Source of the DNA: Stegostoma tigrinum
Lineage: Eukaryota
Length of the DNA stretch: 64,000 bases
Direction of reading: 5' to 3'
Assembly: GCF_030684315.1 (NCBI RefSeq)
Contig: NC_081363.1
Span: forward strand, 27,840,116-27,904,115
The translations under genes were made by a program, and so were the position numbers. Shown one piece after another: positions 1-13,821 of this stretch. Below the pieces are notes generated by a model. The model saw only the letters and a list, made by a program, of their open reading frames with translations. It was not told the DNA's origin and made no database searches. How positions within the stretch are numbered: position 1 is the stretch's first letter; each line of letters starts with the position of its first letter.

Positions 1-1333
1 TCGTTGAGCTTGTAATATGAGCATAACAGCTCCAGATGTGCACAAAAGGCAAGGCAAGGCAAGTCAATGGAAGGAAGGGATGCTGTAAGCATCCAGGTAG
101 GCTCAGAATGAGTGAGCACTAGGGCAGTGAGTTGAGCCTGGAGTTGCAGCCTGGTCCAGTCCAGATTCTGGGTACATGTCCCTGAGTGCACAGTTCCTTG
201 CTGCAGTATTATACTGATATTTGCTAATGTAACCCGGGTGCAGTATTAAAGTGCATAAGCATATTGTACATGGTTCAGAGTTGTGCATGGAGGCTTTCAG
301 AAGCTGACACATATTGGGAGCCAATGTTCATGGACACCAGGCGCATGTGGCTGGTGCCCATGGAATGTGCCTTGAGGCGTTGGGGCCTGATATCCAACAA
401 CGTGGCCAGTTGGATTATGCAGCAAGCTGAGGGCACCAGGTACCCATTCTGACCTCTAACTTATTTGGCAGGTTTGGTTAAACAGAAAGCTGAATATTAA
501 TAGTGTGGGTTGGGCAATAACCAACTGTTCAACAAAAAAACAATTCCCTTTTTAATTGACAACTTGCTGCTGCCGAGTGGGAAACTCATCACACCATTAT
601 CGAATCAGAAAAACTGGAGCAAGATGCTCCAGATGTACAAATAGGCAGTCAGACTTTGTAATTCTTCAACAAATCACACTTTAAACCACTTTGCTGATTT
701 TTTAAGATTGGAACCATCGTTTAAAAAAAACAAAGTATCTCCAAGATGCTTTGCCACTTCATTGGAATATCACCTTCCTCTTAGCCCCTACTTCATTGAA
801 TATTACAATAAACCTCGATATCTTTCCGTAAATCCTTTTTATTACATTTAATTTGTCCAGTACTACAAGTAAATATATTTAAGTCATCTGTGTCCTGCTT
901 TGCCCTAATGATAATTGTAGCTTGCAAGACAGATCTTTTTAACAGTGACTAAAGCTCACTGAAGCAAAGGTATCCTGGGCTACCTTCAGTTGAGAGGCAC
1001 AATTAGTGATGAGCTTAACTTGAGGGCTCCCGCACCTCAGGCAGGAAGCAAAATTGAGGGACAAGCTTCACGCTGTCAAAGAGATGGAGAGAGATGGTGA
1101 TAGTGATTTGTCCTAAATGTTTTCTGCTTTCTCTCAAAATTGGAGAGAGTTCAAACTCCAATTTCAACATGAGGTACAAGCAAAGAGACAATAACTACAA
1201 TGTGCACGCTCACTTGAGGCAATAGATAAATCAGCAACTAAGTGGTGTCAGATTGCAACAGAGTTCAGTGAAAAACTATTCGTGACAAATTCAAGTCTGA
1301 CATTAGTTGCTGAGGTGATTGAAAAATGACAAG

Positions 1334-2594
1334 TCCCACCCAGCTTCCTGCAAAAGTGCCATTCCCTATTCCCAATTCCTTCGCCTCCGCCACGTCTGCA
1401 TCCAGGATGAAGCATTCCACTCCTGTACACCTCACATGTCCTCGTTTTTCAAGGACAGCAACGTCCCTCCCGCAGTGGTCAAGAACGCCCTTGACCGTGT
1501 CTCCTGCATTTCCCGCAACTCGCCCCTCACATCCCGTCCCCTCAACAACCACCAAAAGGAGAATACCCCTCCTCCTCACGTACCACCAAACCAACCTCCA
1601 GATCCAATGCATCATCCTCCAACACTTCCGCCATCTGCAAGCCAACCCCACCACCAAAGACATTTTTTCCTCCCCACCCTTGTCTGCTTTCCAGAGGGAC
1701 CACTCTCTCCGTGACTCCCTTGTCCGCTCCGCACTCCCCTCCAGCCCCACCACACCTGGCACCTTCCCCTGCAACCACAGGAAATGCTACACTTGCCCCC
1801 ACACCTCCTCCCTCACCCACATCCCAGGCCCCAAGAAGACTTTCCACATCAAGCAGATGTTCACCTGCACATCTGCCAATGTGGCATACTGCATCCGCTG
1901 TACCTGTTGTGGCTTCCTCTACATTGGGGAAACCAAGCGGAGGCTTGGGGACCGCTTTGCAGAACACCTATGCTCGGTTTGCAATAAACAACTGCACCTC
2001 CCAGTTGTGAACCATTTCAACTCCCCCTCCCATTCTTTCAATGACATGTCCATCATGAGCCTCCTGCAGTGCCACAATGATGCCACCCGAAGGTTTGCAG
2101 GAACAGCAACTCATATTCTGCTTGGGAACCCTGCAGCCCAATGGTATCAATATGGATTTCATCAGCTTCAAAATCTCCCCTTTCCCCACCGCATCCCAAA
2201 ACCAGCCCAGCTCATCCCCGCCTCCCTAACCTGTTCTTCCTCTCACCTATCCCCTCCTCCCACCTCAAACCGCACTCCCGTTTCCTTCCTACTAACCTCA
2301 TCCCGCCCCCTTGACCTGTTCGCCCTCCCCGGACTGACCTATCCCCTCCCTACATCCCCACCTACACTCACCTGTACTAGATCCGTCCCCGCCTCTTTAA
2401 CTTGACTGTCTCCTCTCCACCTATCTTCTCCTCTTTCCATCTTCGATCCGCCTCCCCCTCTCTCCCTATTTATTTCAGAGCCCTCTCCTCCTCCGCCATT
2501 TCTGATGGAGGGTCTCAGCCCGAAACGTCAGCTTTTGTGCTCCTAAGATGCTGCTTGGCCTGCTGTGTTCATCCAGCTCCGCACTTTGTTATCT
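1334..2594 (+). mobile_element. Penelope-like retroelement, 5'-truncated and frameshifted (RT C-terminus, GIY-YIG endonuclease, pseudo-LTR family A)
   Basis: SHPASCKSAIPYSQFLRLR in ORF 1319..1714; Cys/His linker CNHRKCYTC and GIY-YIG motif NVAYCIRCTCCGFLYIGETKRRLGDRFAEH in ORF 1326..2405; C-rich 3' region ending in the short repeat found many times in the window. Confidence 0.93.
2502..2529 (+). ncRNA. Minimal hammerhead ribozyme motif in the PLE pseudo-LTR (one core substitution)
   Basis: CTGATGG-A-GGGtctcagCCC-GAAA-CGTC; the core CTGANGA has an A>G change. Confidence 0.6.
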
Positions 2595-3236
2595 AAGTTC
2601 AACCAAAATCTAGCTTTTGAAAGATAAATCCCTTGGGGCTGGTGTGCTCCCAACTGTCTTTGTAGTAATGTAGGTCATGTTCATGTAACCAGTAAATAGT
2701 TCTTGTAATGCAATAAACTTCATCTTGTTTGCTCAACAAGTCTCTTCCAGTTAACCCGATCCACATTAGACCACTTTAGGCTTGAATGAACCCACACATA
2801 ACTCTCTTGGCCAGAGTGTTGAAATAATAGCCAGCAAAGTAACATTCCAAATCAACTGCATCAATTAAATCATAACATATTCCATGCAAGATCACCCTTG
2901 TACATCCCTTTATTCTTTTTTTCCATGTGCTGCACACTATCGTGCTGTTTCACAGATCTGAGCAAGTAGTCGTGGTATGTCTAATTGAAGGCTTCTGACT
3001 TCTAGTGTAGGATGACAACTGGTCTGGCTTTGGACTGCATCAGCCTCAGCTTGTGCAGCTACAGCCTGGGTTGGCTGGCTGACCAGCCACAATAAGGGTA
3101 CAACAGCAGTGGTGGGATCCTGAGAAGGGGCAATGGAGTCACTGAAGTTGTGTCTCAGCTGTCCAATAGGGTTTTGCATTGACGAGAGACTCTACAAAGC
3201 ATAGAACTGGAGATCCATTCGGTCTCGATCTGTACC

Positions 3237-3339
3237 ATCAGCCTTCCTGCTCCTCTGATGCTGCTTGGCCATCTGTGTTCATCCAGCTCCACACCATGTT
3301 ATCTCAGATTCTCTAACATCGGCAGTTGCTACTATCTCT
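3237..3339 (+). mobile_element. Solo PLE pseudo-LTR fragment, family A, with 3' tail
   Basis: Matches 2525-2594 and continues into the tail cagattctctaacatcggcagttgctactatctc. Confidence 0.8.
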
Positions 3340-3569
3340 ATCCATTTGATCAGTTGATCTTTTGTAGGCTGTACCAATGGAGTGTCACTTATTTAGGTAT
3401 GTGTTGAGTGGCATGAGCAAGTTGAGCCAAAGGGCCTGTTTCAATGCTATAGATCCCTATGATGTAACTTTCAGAATATTTGATGGTAATATGTTGTTAA
3501 TGCATAGCTTCCTTGTCAATTTTTGCTTTTATTATGTATTGCTCCATCTTTTGTGAGATATTAATGGTT

Positions 3570-5042
3570 ATAGAAGTTTCTGATCACCAGTGACGTTGTG
3601 TGTAAAGTTAACACCATGGTAAATATTGTCACCTTATGAAATTTGCCTTTTGTTTAGCTATCTCTGAATCTCATCAGTACATTTGATTTCTGCATCTTCT
3701 TAGCCCTTCCCTGCAACTGTTATAAATTTTGTAGGTTTAGTACATTTTGCTCACTGTGACAATCGTGTTGACTGTATCTAAAGCTTTTAATTGTTGCTGC
3801 CCTGCCACTATGGCTTCGTGCTTACAGCCATTCTCGAGTAACATGTGAGTTGTATGGCCCTTTAACTTGTCCACAAGAACCTCCCTAAAGGCTACAATTG
3901 GTAAAGGGATGATGACTAATTTGGTGAGCCTCCTTCACAGTTTCTCTTCAGAAACATCTTCCGAACAAACTGGTCAATGGACTCTTGGAGCACTGTCTGT
4001 ATGATGTTAATTAGAGTCCATTAAACCTGAAGCTAATTCCAACTTTGAGCTGGCCTTCAAAAGCCTTTTCTGAATCTCTCTAATTGTCCTTGTAAAAATC
4101 TGATGAGTTAACTCTGAGAAGTCTCTCTCCTCATCAGTGAGAACTAAAGAGTTTAGGCCTACTTTCTCGTAGTTTTCTATCACTTGATCTGCAAAGTAGA
4201 GCCGCACACTTTGTTTGCACAGCAGTAAGCAGTAAGGATGTCACTGGATGCCTAGTCTATAATAAGGTTCCTCTTATTCATGGTCCAACATTAAAAATAT
4301 TGTACTCTGTCACTGTAAGTGATGTGTCCCTAATTTTGTGTCAGTTTAAAACTTTTTTTCTCAGAACACATACCTTGCAGCTTCCATTCTGAGAAACTGG
4401 TACTTACAAGTTGATTGTCAGGAACAGGGCATCCTAGCTTCCAGCTTCTGTACTGGAATGCGCTGGTATCATGTCCCAGTCACGAGTGCAGTTCAGACTT
4501 TTTAAATGTTATTTTTTATTTAAGGCTATTTAGAAATGTATTTTGTTCTGAAAGAACTTACATTCTAATCAAAACTAAATTTGTTTTGATTTCTTCCTGG
4601 TTACTGCCCTGTCCACAGACCTTTCCAGTTGTCTATCCTACTGGTGTTGGATGAGAAATTCTCCTCTACTCTGAATTCTCTGTTGTTTGGTTGGTCTTTT
4701 TAAAAAATATCTTCCAACAAGTTATCACAGATTTTCCGAGATGGCCATCATTGGTGTGGTTTTGCTTCCCACAGCATGTCTGACGTGAACCCAGTGCTTA
4801 AGTTATCTCCTGCAACATAAAAAATTAGGTGCGATATTGCGATACAACTAATAAGTGTGTACAAGCATTACATTCCTCAGGCACATGAAAGCCTAAGCTA
4901 ACATTGAGCTATCAATTTATAACAGAGGAGCATATATCAACCAGAATGTCGTGCTTCAAGTAAATTGAGCGAAGAGGGACCTTAAGACCTTTATACCCTC
5001 AGGTCACAAGCCAAGATGATACCTCTTAAAGCCTTACTAACA
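3570..5042 (-). mobile_element. Highly degenerate Gypsy LTR-retrotransposon (gag remnant, possible LTR about 4817-5042)
   Basis: Minus-strand peptides RLYFADQ, FEGQLKVGISFRF, IDQFV and LLENGCKHEAIVAGQQQLKAL resemble Gypsy gag (recognised from memory, many frameshifts). Confidence 0.5.
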
Positions 5043-5116
5043 TATTGGCTCTAAGACTTCACACAACAAATAGAGTTAATATAAAGAAAAACTGCCTACA
5101 TACATCTGGTAAGATA

Positions 5117-5733
5117 GCTGTGCCGTAGGGCTTCTGAGCCTGGGGCTCGTCCACTCTGTTCACTTTTTTACTAATTCCTTTCTCTTCTCTCTTTTCTCAT
5201 CTTTTTTTCCTCCTTTCTTTCTCTTTTATTTTACTTACCTCTTGTTGACGATCTCAGCCATGGCGATGACATCGGGCCAAGTGGGCCCAGCGCTAACATT
5301 TGGCGGTGGTGTTAGAGGCACATTTGGGTTCCCAGTGGCTTCTACTTGCAGTGCAAATTCATGGAGGCAGTGGCAGGGTCGAGTTTGGGCCAGTGCAGTA
5401 CCCAGTGGCAAAGGTGGCATCTGCATGGGCGATGTCCAGGAAGGATGTCAAAGGAGGCAAGATGGCGCGAAGGGTGGCCACATTTGTTCTAGCAGCAGTG
5501 GCACAGCAAAGGGGTCTCATGCCTGGTCACTAGGCCCATGGCAGAGCACTTAACAAGAAGGACTGCAAAGTTGAACATTTCTTCTTTATTTCTTTATTTT
5601 TCTGCTTTTATATTCTATGTTTTGGTTTACTTTTCCTTGTTTTAAGATGGCACTGGAGAGTGATGGAACTATATAACACTTTTCACAGTATTTTGTAACA
5701 AAATACATGCGGCAATAAATAAATCAAACCAAA
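5117..5733 (+). repeat. Non-autonomous interspersed repeat with L2-like 3' tail
   Basis: Pyrimidine tracts flank a GC-rich core; ends ttttcacagtattttgtaacaaaatacatgcggcaataaataaatcaaa. Confidence 0.5.
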
Positions 5734-7062
5734 AGCCCAGACAATAGCAACATAACTTCCCTGCTCAAGTGAATATGACTTATTTTGTATTTCTGCTTCT
5801 TTTTGTCTGACTTTATGTGAAATGCAGTACAGAAATTTTACAGCCATTTTTGATTCAAAAAGTACAGAGATGCTCATAGAAAAAGTGAAAGCTAACTTTG
5901 CAGCAGGTTGTCCCAGTCCAACAAATCTAATTAGTGTAGTTACTGTCATGGACATTAGACACAGTTGTACGAGGGGGAGTAAAAAAGATGGTAGCATAAA
6001 TGATGTCCTAAATCTGACATCTGAAAAAATTAAAATCATGACAAGGCTTGGAGATATATTATCCAAATCATTATGTTGTGACATTTAATTAGGAAGTTAA
6101 CTCTGAGCACCAAGATAATGCTTCAAACTTTGAGCTATTAAAAGAAGATGGATTTTTGGTATCATGTTCAATTATATCTTCCTCATGATTGAATATGACA
6201 TTTTCTCTGGAAATTTTGGCCAGTGATAATTCTATGGTGCATTTCAGCTCTTTTACTTCCATTGTCTGAATACCATAGAAGGGGTAAAGGAAAGGTTTGT
6301 CTGTGTGCTGTACATAGCAAAGCAGTCAATGGTATTTTTAAATACTAAAATCATTAAAGCATTACTCTCATTCAACTATGAACTAGAGCTAAAACTTGAC
6401 ATGAGGGAAAGGATTATAACCCAGATTAGTGAAAGTCAATATAAGACTGCTGTTCAGAGGATATTTGTCATGCAACAATGACTAATATTGTAACAGACTT
6501 TAGCTATGTGTGGTATAGAAATGGGCGAAAGAGACATAGAGAACTTATTTTATTTGTCTTGCCTCCTGTCCATAAATAGACGGGTTTAATTTCAAATGAA
6601 CAATGTATGTTCCCAAACTCATGTGTGAAATCAATTTTTCAGATGACTCTTGTGCTAAATGCCTCATTAGATCGTCATGACAATGCGTCATTTCAGCTTG
6701 CTGCTGCCCCACACAAACCTCAGAGGCCCGTACAGCGGCTGGAAGATTAAAGAGAATGTTTCACTTGAGCAGTTCAATGGTGTTTGTTAGCATCTTTGCA
6801 AGAGTAATAGCTTTCAATATGTCTTCTTTGTTGTCAGTTCTGGTTCAAAACTGGAAGGTCTCTTGTTGTGTTTGCTGTCTCTATATAATTCTATCCTTGA
6901 AATTCCTGAAGGTGATGGTTTAGCATTCTACACTGGATGTGCCCAGAACTGTACCAACTTGTGAATTAAGTGACTTGTAACAGCCACTTTCACCCAGCAA
7001 AGTCCATTTTTTTTAAATTAAACAAGAAAGTAAACACAGATCCTGAAGGAACTTCACCAGGT

Positions 7063-7400
7063 GAATGTTGAAAATATGTTTTCTCGTGTGGAAGAATCTT
7101 GAACAAGGGGTTATAGTTTAAAAATAACTGGGCATTCACTTAAAATGGAGACTAGGAAACTATTTTCTGTTGGGGGTTGTGAGTCTTTGGAACACCCTTC
7201 CTCTAAAAGCACTGGTTGTAGAATTTTTCAGTATTTTTAAGGCAGACGTAGATGGATTCTTGATTACCAAGGGGAAGAAAGATTATCAGACATATGCAGG
7301 AATGTAGAGGTACAGTTAAGATCAGATTAGCCAAATCTGATTGAATGGCAGAGCAGGCTGGAAGGACTGAGTGGCCTACACTTGTTCCTTCTTTGTATGT
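7063..7400 (+). mobile_element. CR1-type LINE 3' fragment
   Basis: Similar to the 3' ends of the CR1 copies at 54525-56285 and 40398-40825. Confidence 0.8.
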
Positions 7401-7574
7401 TAAGCTTTAAAAATATAAGCATAAGAATGTTATTCAGTAGCTAACTGGGGTTGCATTGAGGGCCTGGGGCATTTTTGATCTATGCAAGTAAGTCTATTCT
7501 GATCTCATGATCTGCTTACTAAATAGTAGCTCTGATCTATCTATTTTTCACAGACAATATATTTTTCTTTGCCC

Positions 7575-7937
7575 GGGGGAGGCAATTGCCTAGTGGTATT
7601 ATCGCTGGACTATTAATTCAGAGACCAGACAGCATTCTGGGGACCTGGGTTTGAATCCTGCCATGGCAGATGGTGGAATTTGAATTCAATAAATATCTGG
7701 AATTAAAAATCTAATGACAACCATGAGTCCATTGTCAATTGTCAGGAAAATACCATGCGATTCACTAATGTCCATTAGGGAAGGAAACTGCCATGCTTAC
7801 CTGGTCTGCTACAGGTGACTCCAGAACCACAGCAATGTGGCTGACACTTAACTACCCTCTGGGCAATTAGGGATGGGCAATAAATGCTGCCTGGCCAGCA
7901 ATTCCCTCAACCTGTGAATGAATAAGAGGAAAAAAAT
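7575..7937 (+). mobile_element. Full-length tRNA-derived SINE sharing its 3' tail with the LINE at 10878-11760
   Basis: A-box-like tgcctagtgg, B-box-like ggtttgaatcc, tail gggcaattagggatgggcaataaatgctg; an inverted copy lies at 62833-63197. Confidence 0.85.
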
Positions 7938-8659
7938 GTCTCACAGGGTATGAGAATCTCAGTACTTATTTTGTTGGATCTGATTGATTTGGGCTCGGTG
8001 TGAAAATCTCTGTGCTAATTCTCCCCCATCTCTGCTTGTCATGACACCATGTATTTCTGGTTTCACTGTCAATACAGCTGGTCATGTCTTCTGCTGCATA
8101 GGTTTGTTACAACAACATCTTGTATTTTTCATCAAGCATGCATATCCGCATTGATATTGGAGTCTATTTCTCCAAAACAGGAAATGTGACAATACCTCAA
8201 TTCAGTTTCACACAGTCAGTACATGCAAAGATTACCAGACGTTGTACTACTAATCTTTTGATACATTAATTTAAAATGATCATTTAAACAATGAACAAAT
8301 TTCAGAATTGCAAGATAAAAATAGGTCAGATTTCCTTATCACTGGAAACATTTTTTGAAATAACTCATGACCAGTGGGATAGACTTTCCTCAGAAACAAT
8401 TGGCAATCTGCCTGAAATTGTGTACAATTGTGTGGATTGAGGAATTGCTTGGAGTCTGCACTATGTAGTTTTTCTTTGATAGGTTTTCATCTTGGACTCG
8501 AACCTTTTGACAAGATTGCCCTACGGTCAAACAATAGAGCCATTCATAAGTTCTTTTCTAACTATTAGGAGGTTGGTTCCAGGGTTGGGTTAGTGGTATT
8601 TGTCCAGATTTCCGTAGATGTGGTCCACTCTATTCTTGAAGGCCATGTGTTCTGAATTC

Positions 8660-8772
8660 TGAGATAGTGGGAGCTGCAGATGCTGGAGAATCTGAGATAA
8701 CAAGGTGTAGAGCTGGATGAACACAGCAGGCTAAGCAGCATCAGGGGAGCAGGAAAGCTGACGTTTCGGACT
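8660..8772 (-). mobile_element. Solo PLE pseudo-LTR fragment, family A
   Basis: gagatagtgggagctgcagatgctggagaatctgagataacaaggtgtagagctggatgaacacagcagg. Confidence 0.85.
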
Positions 8773-9772
8773 ATTTATTGGGTTGAGAAATTTCTCCTGA
8801 AAACTCTGTTTAATTCATTTATGGCTATTATTTATGATATCCAGATTTGGGCTGGTCAACAACAACTGATACATAACAGCCAGACTTCATGCTAAGAGCT
8901 AAGCTTGCCTCATGTCTAAGAAAACCACTTCTAAGCCTAGTTCTGAAAGAAACCTGGGCTGGATTTTCTGAGGGTGGCAATCTCATACAGAATGCTCCTG
9001 TGCCCCATTTTATGTGAAAGACAAAACAGTATTTCTGACAGAAAATTCTAATCAAGGCTCCTTCAGAAATGCAGAATCATTTGTCCATTCCATCAGGTCT
9101 CTCATATTGTCGAACAGTCTGGTAAGGAAAACTACACCTCCTTTTTCAGAGCTGCCAGTTGCTATACTTTGAAATTTGAAGTTCCAGCATCACAGGCAGC
9201 CACATGAAAAGCTTCTGTGAAAAAGTAAATGCATTAGATAAGTATGATGTTTGGGTGCCAGAAGGGTAGGGTGTCAAGTGTGTATGGGGTTAGGTGCCAA
9301 GAGGGTCATGGTAACTGGGCTCCCATGAGAAAGGTGTAGTATGCCAATGAGAGTTGAGTCCTGGGGAGGGGAAGTGTTGCTAGGGTTCCAAGGAGGTAGA
9401 TTATAGCCTGCCAGGGATAGCATGCTGGTTGATTAGATCGTAAGCTGTCAGGTGAATAGGGTACCAAATAAGCTATGCACCAAGGCATAGTGATGGTATG
9501 GCATCCAGGTAAGTGACAGGGTAGATCAGTGTGTAGGGCATATTAGTCTGGTGGGAGGACAGAAGGATGGTATCTGGCCCAGACAGGGTCATGATCCAGC
9601 AATGGGCAGGAGTTTTAGGTCCAGCAGCAACAGAAGAGTAGTCAGGTCTGGCACTGGGTTTTGTTCTTGGACTCGGTGAGTGACTTGTCTTGAGTGGAGT
9701 TGGGGGAGAGGGGTTGTATCGGATTCTGAATGGGGAAGATCAGGTTGAGTCTGGTAAGGGAGTGGGTGGGAT

Positions 9773-9873
9773 GTTCTGAAGAATAGTCACTTGACAAGAA
9801 ATGTTAACTCTGCTTCTCTCTCCACAGATTCTGCCAATCTGTTGAGTTTCTCCAGCCATTTCTGTTTTTCTTT
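9773..9873 (+). mobile_element. Family B short repeat with degenerate hammerhead motif
   Basis: gtt-CTGAAGA-atagtcacttgacaa-GAAA-tgtt-aac followed by tctgcttctctctccacagattctgcc. Confidence 0.7.
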
Positions 9874-10877
9874 TAAAGTCTAACTTGGGCTGCACAACTA
9901 TTTACTTAACTGCAGTGGAGCCCTTCAAATTCTTGGATTTTAAATTGATACTTTCAGGAGGTTCCAAATTCAGTGCAATTGTCCACTGGAATCCTTAATT
10001 TCTCAGGCAATTCCTTTAGAGTCTACTACAATGGAGATTCAACAGGGTCACCTTGCAAACCTCCCATCTACACTGCTCAAAAAAAATCTCTAGCCATTGG
10101 AATAACCAAGCCCTCATATTTGACTGAAAAGAGGACCATGTCTCCATATGCTAACCTCACGTTCTTTCAGCAGCTCCTACCTTGGCTGGCTGAACCCATC
10201 TGAACCTGAGAATTTACAGAAAAGAACCTTCACTGGTCATGAACTAACTGAATTCAGATATTAATGTGAATTAATGTCTGTATCACTTTTTCGAAGCTAT
10301 TCTTGATTGTAAATGTTTTTCTTTCTTTTTCTTCTTTGTATGCTTTCTTGTGTGCATGCATTGTCGGAATCATCTGCTGGGTTTGAATGCCTGAATAAAC
10401 CATACTTCTGATTACACCCTAAAGACAGCTTGTTGCAGCTTATTTTGACACTGGAATTCACAAAGAGCATTTGTGGGAAACATGCCACAGTGTGTTTCAA
10501 AGTGAGAAAAATAACTCTGCTTATGGACAGAAGGTGAGAGAAATGAAAGTATTCAACTTACTTCTGTTCCCTATCTACAACACAAGACTCAGATCAGTGG
10601 ATGGGATAAGTTAGGGTAAAAAAGGTCATTCAAACAGTACGAAACAAAATCTTACACCAGTTGTCCAAGATGGCATTACGACAACCCACTGGCTTATTAA
10701 AATCAAGCCATTTTAAATGACATGTTTATTCAATAATGTTACCATTATTTCCAACCCGTGTACTCTCTTTATACCTGTACCATCTTTCCTGTACATCTCT
10801 GAAGTTTCTGCTGAAGGGAATGCTTGCTCCACAGTTAAAAAATGAAATTGCCATTGCCCCAAAGGTCTGTTCTCTCA

Positions 10878-11760
10878 CTGTTCAGCATCATTCGTCGCTC
10901 CTCAGGTACTGAAGCAGTCTATGTTCAAATGCAACAAGGCCTGGAAAATATCCAGGCTTGGACTGAAAAATGGGAAGCGACATTCGCGCCACACAATTGC
11001 CAGGTTATGACCATCTCCAATAAGAGGCAATCTGATTAACCCCCACCCGCTCCCCCCCAACTTAATATTCAATAGCATTGCCATCAACATCACCCATTAT
11101 CAACATCCTGGGGCTACCATTGACCAGAGACTCAACTAGACTCACCACATAAACACAACAGTCACAAGAGCAGGTCAGAAGCTAGGAATACTGCGGTGAA
11201 TAACTCACCGACTGAATCCTCAAAATCAGTCCACCATCTACAAAGCACAAGTTAAGAATGTGATGGAGTAATCCCCTCATGCATGATGGGTGCCGCTCCA
11301 ATAACATTCAAGAAGCTTGGCACTTTCCAGGATAGAGCAGCTCATTTGATTGGTACCACATCCACAAGCATCTATTCCCTCCACCAAAGAGGCTCAGCAG
11401 CAGCAGTGTGTAATATCTACAAGATGCACTGCAGAAACTGCATAATCCTCAGACTGCACCTTCCAGATCCACGAGCACTTCCATCTCAGACAAGGACTGC
11501 AAATACAGGAGATCACTACCACCTGCAAGTTCCCCTCCAAGCCACTTACCACCCTGACTTCGAAATGTATCGGTGTTCCTTCACTGCTGCTGGGTCAAGA
11601 TCCTGGAATTCCCTCCCTCACGGTGCTGTGAGTCCAACTACAACACATGGACAGCAGTACTTCTGGAAGGTAGATCATAATGACCTTGGCTAGGGCAATT
11701 AGGGAAGTGTAATAAATGCTGGTCCAGCCAGTGATGCCCACATGAATATATTTTTTAAAA
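10878..11760 (+). mobile_element. Non-LTR LINE 3' fragment (CR1/L2 group), degenerate
   Basis: RT C-terminal-like peptide QQGLENIQAWTEKWEATFAPHNCQVMTI; 3' tail shared with SINE 7575-7937. Confidence 0.8.
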
Positions 11761-12044
11761 ATGCAAAAACACAGCTGATGGTATGTTTAACCTGAGGGTC
11801 ACTACACCTCAGGAGAGGCAGGTCCTTCATAAAAACAGTTCACTTTTTATGTCATAGTCAGACTGACTGAATACTCTCAAAACCTGGGGGATTGGATTTG
11901 CTAAGGCTACAAATGGGAAGTAGCTTCATTGCATTATAAAACAAAGCTCCATAGATGGGTCAGTGGCTAGAAATATTAACTCTGTTTTTCTCTCCAGAGA
12001 TGCTGCTAGACCTGATGAGTTTCTCCAGCACTCCCTTCTTTTTG

Positions 12045-12860
12045 TATGCTTTGTTGCTTTGAGTATAGGAATTGAGAAGTCATATTGAGGTTGTACATGG
12101 CATTGGTGAGGTCTATTCTGGAATACTATGTCTGGTTCTGGTCACCCAGTTATAGGAAGAATATTATTAAGGTGGAGAGATTTTGGAAGAGATTTACCAG
12201 GATGTTGCTAGGTATGGAAGGTTTGACTCATAAAGAAAGGTTGGATAAGCTGGGGACTTTTTTTCATTGGAGCGTAGGGATACCCTGTGATACCCTCTTA
12301 GAAGTTTACAAAATAATGACAAGTATAGAGAGTTAATGGTAGTAGTCTTTGCCATAGGATAGGGGATTTCAAGATGACGGGTCACCTTTTTAAGGTGAGA
12401 GGAGAGTGATTTAAAAAAGACATGAGAGGCAAATTTCTTACACGGAGGGTGATTCACACGTGAAATGAACTTCCTGAGGAAGTGGTGGATGTGGGTACTA
12501 TTACAATGCTTCAAAGATATTTGGATAAGTACATGAATAGGAAAGGTTTGGAGGGATACGGGCAGGGGCAGACAGGCGGGACTAGGTTACTTGGGATAAT
12601 GTTTGGCATGGATTGGTTCACTGAAGGATCTCTTCCTGTGCTGTGTGTGAGTATTTTCATGCTGCCAAATTAAAAACAGAGTTATTGAATATTTTTAAGA
12701 CAGAGGTAGATGGATTCTTGTTGGACAAAGGAATCAAGGGCTATTAGGTTAGTTGGGAAAGTGGAAGTCAAAACGTAAACAGATCAACCAACGTTCTTAT
12801 GGATTGGTAGAGCAGGTTAAAGGGATCGGATGGTTTAACTGTGCTCCTAATTGTGTGTTT
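12045..12860 (+). mobile_element. Two tandem CR1 LINE 3' fragments (a family B repeat precedes them at about 11955-12044)
   Basis: LYMALVRSILEYYVWFWSPSYRKNIIKVER, the CR1 ORF2 C-terminal signature. Confidence 0.88.
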
Positions 12861-12934
12861 TGAAAAGCAGAGCTCGGCTTCATATATACTCTCCCCTAGA
12901 CTAGCAATTACTCCCAACTGGTTAGACTTAAATT

Positions 12935-13460
12935 TAAGAACAAAGAATGATACAGCACAGGAACAGGTCCTTCGGTCCTCCAAGCCCATGCTGACACATT
13001 TTGCCCTTCCATACTAAAACTGTCTTCACTTACAAGATCCCTCTATTCCCTTCCTATTCATGTACTCATCCAGGTACTTCTTCAATGCTACTACGGTATC
13101 TGCTTCTGGCAATGTGCTCCAGGCACTCATCACCCTTTGGGTGAAAAGCTTGCTTCATACATCTCTTTTAAACATCCACCAACCCCGCACCTTGAACCTG
13201 TGTCCCCTAGTAATTGACCCTTATCCCTCAAAAATGTCTCATATTTTTCACTCTATCCATACCATTTACAATCTTAGAAACTTCTTTCACGTCACCCCTC
13301 AACTTCTTGCGCTTCAGTGAAAACAAAACTAGTCTATCCAACCTTTCTTCATAGCTAAACTCCCCCATACCAGGTAACAGCCTGGTAAACCTTTGCTGTA
13401 CTCTATCCAATGCATTCACATCCTTCTGATAGTGTGGTGACCAGAACTGTATGCAATACG
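12935..13460 (-). mobile_element. CR1 LINE 3' fragment
   Basis: YCIQFWSPHYQKDVNALDRVQQRFTRLLPG in ORF 13228..13470. Confidence 0.9.
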
Positions 13461-13821
13461 ATCTGTTCATCGTCAGTTGCTAGAAATCTAGCAGTATATT
13501 TCATTTAGGTTTAAATCAACTGTCCCATGACTAAAAGCACACAACCCCAAATGTAAATTTATATGGTGTCTTAGACTATATGTTACTAATATTTAATAGA
13601 CCTAAAGTAGTTACACACTAATTATAATCTACAGTATAGACAGATGCATATTGGCTTTTTAAGTATTTGTATTCTTAAAAATATAAATATCAAAACATTG
13701 GATTGTTGCCAGTTTCTGACTTCTCTCTGGATACAGGTTATTACTGTACACAAGAAGTTAGATAATTTCATGATTAGCAAAGTTTTAAAGTTCTAAACCA
13801 GCAACTAAGCTGCTACAGCAT

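Noticed and set aside
1326-2405. 359-aa ORF (and the 377-aa ORF 38586..39719) as host genes
   Set aside because: Frameshifted mosaics of PLE RT/GIY-YIG; C-rich DNA lacks stop codons.
5822-6088. 88-aa ORF in unique DNA
   Set aside because: No recognisable homology or splice context; length expected by chance.
10561-10574. Minus-strand 14-nt microexon (ttgtag|ATAGGGAACAGAAG|gtaagt)
   Set aside because: Not frame-preserving, weak pyrimidine tract, no supporting neighbouring exons; likely chance.
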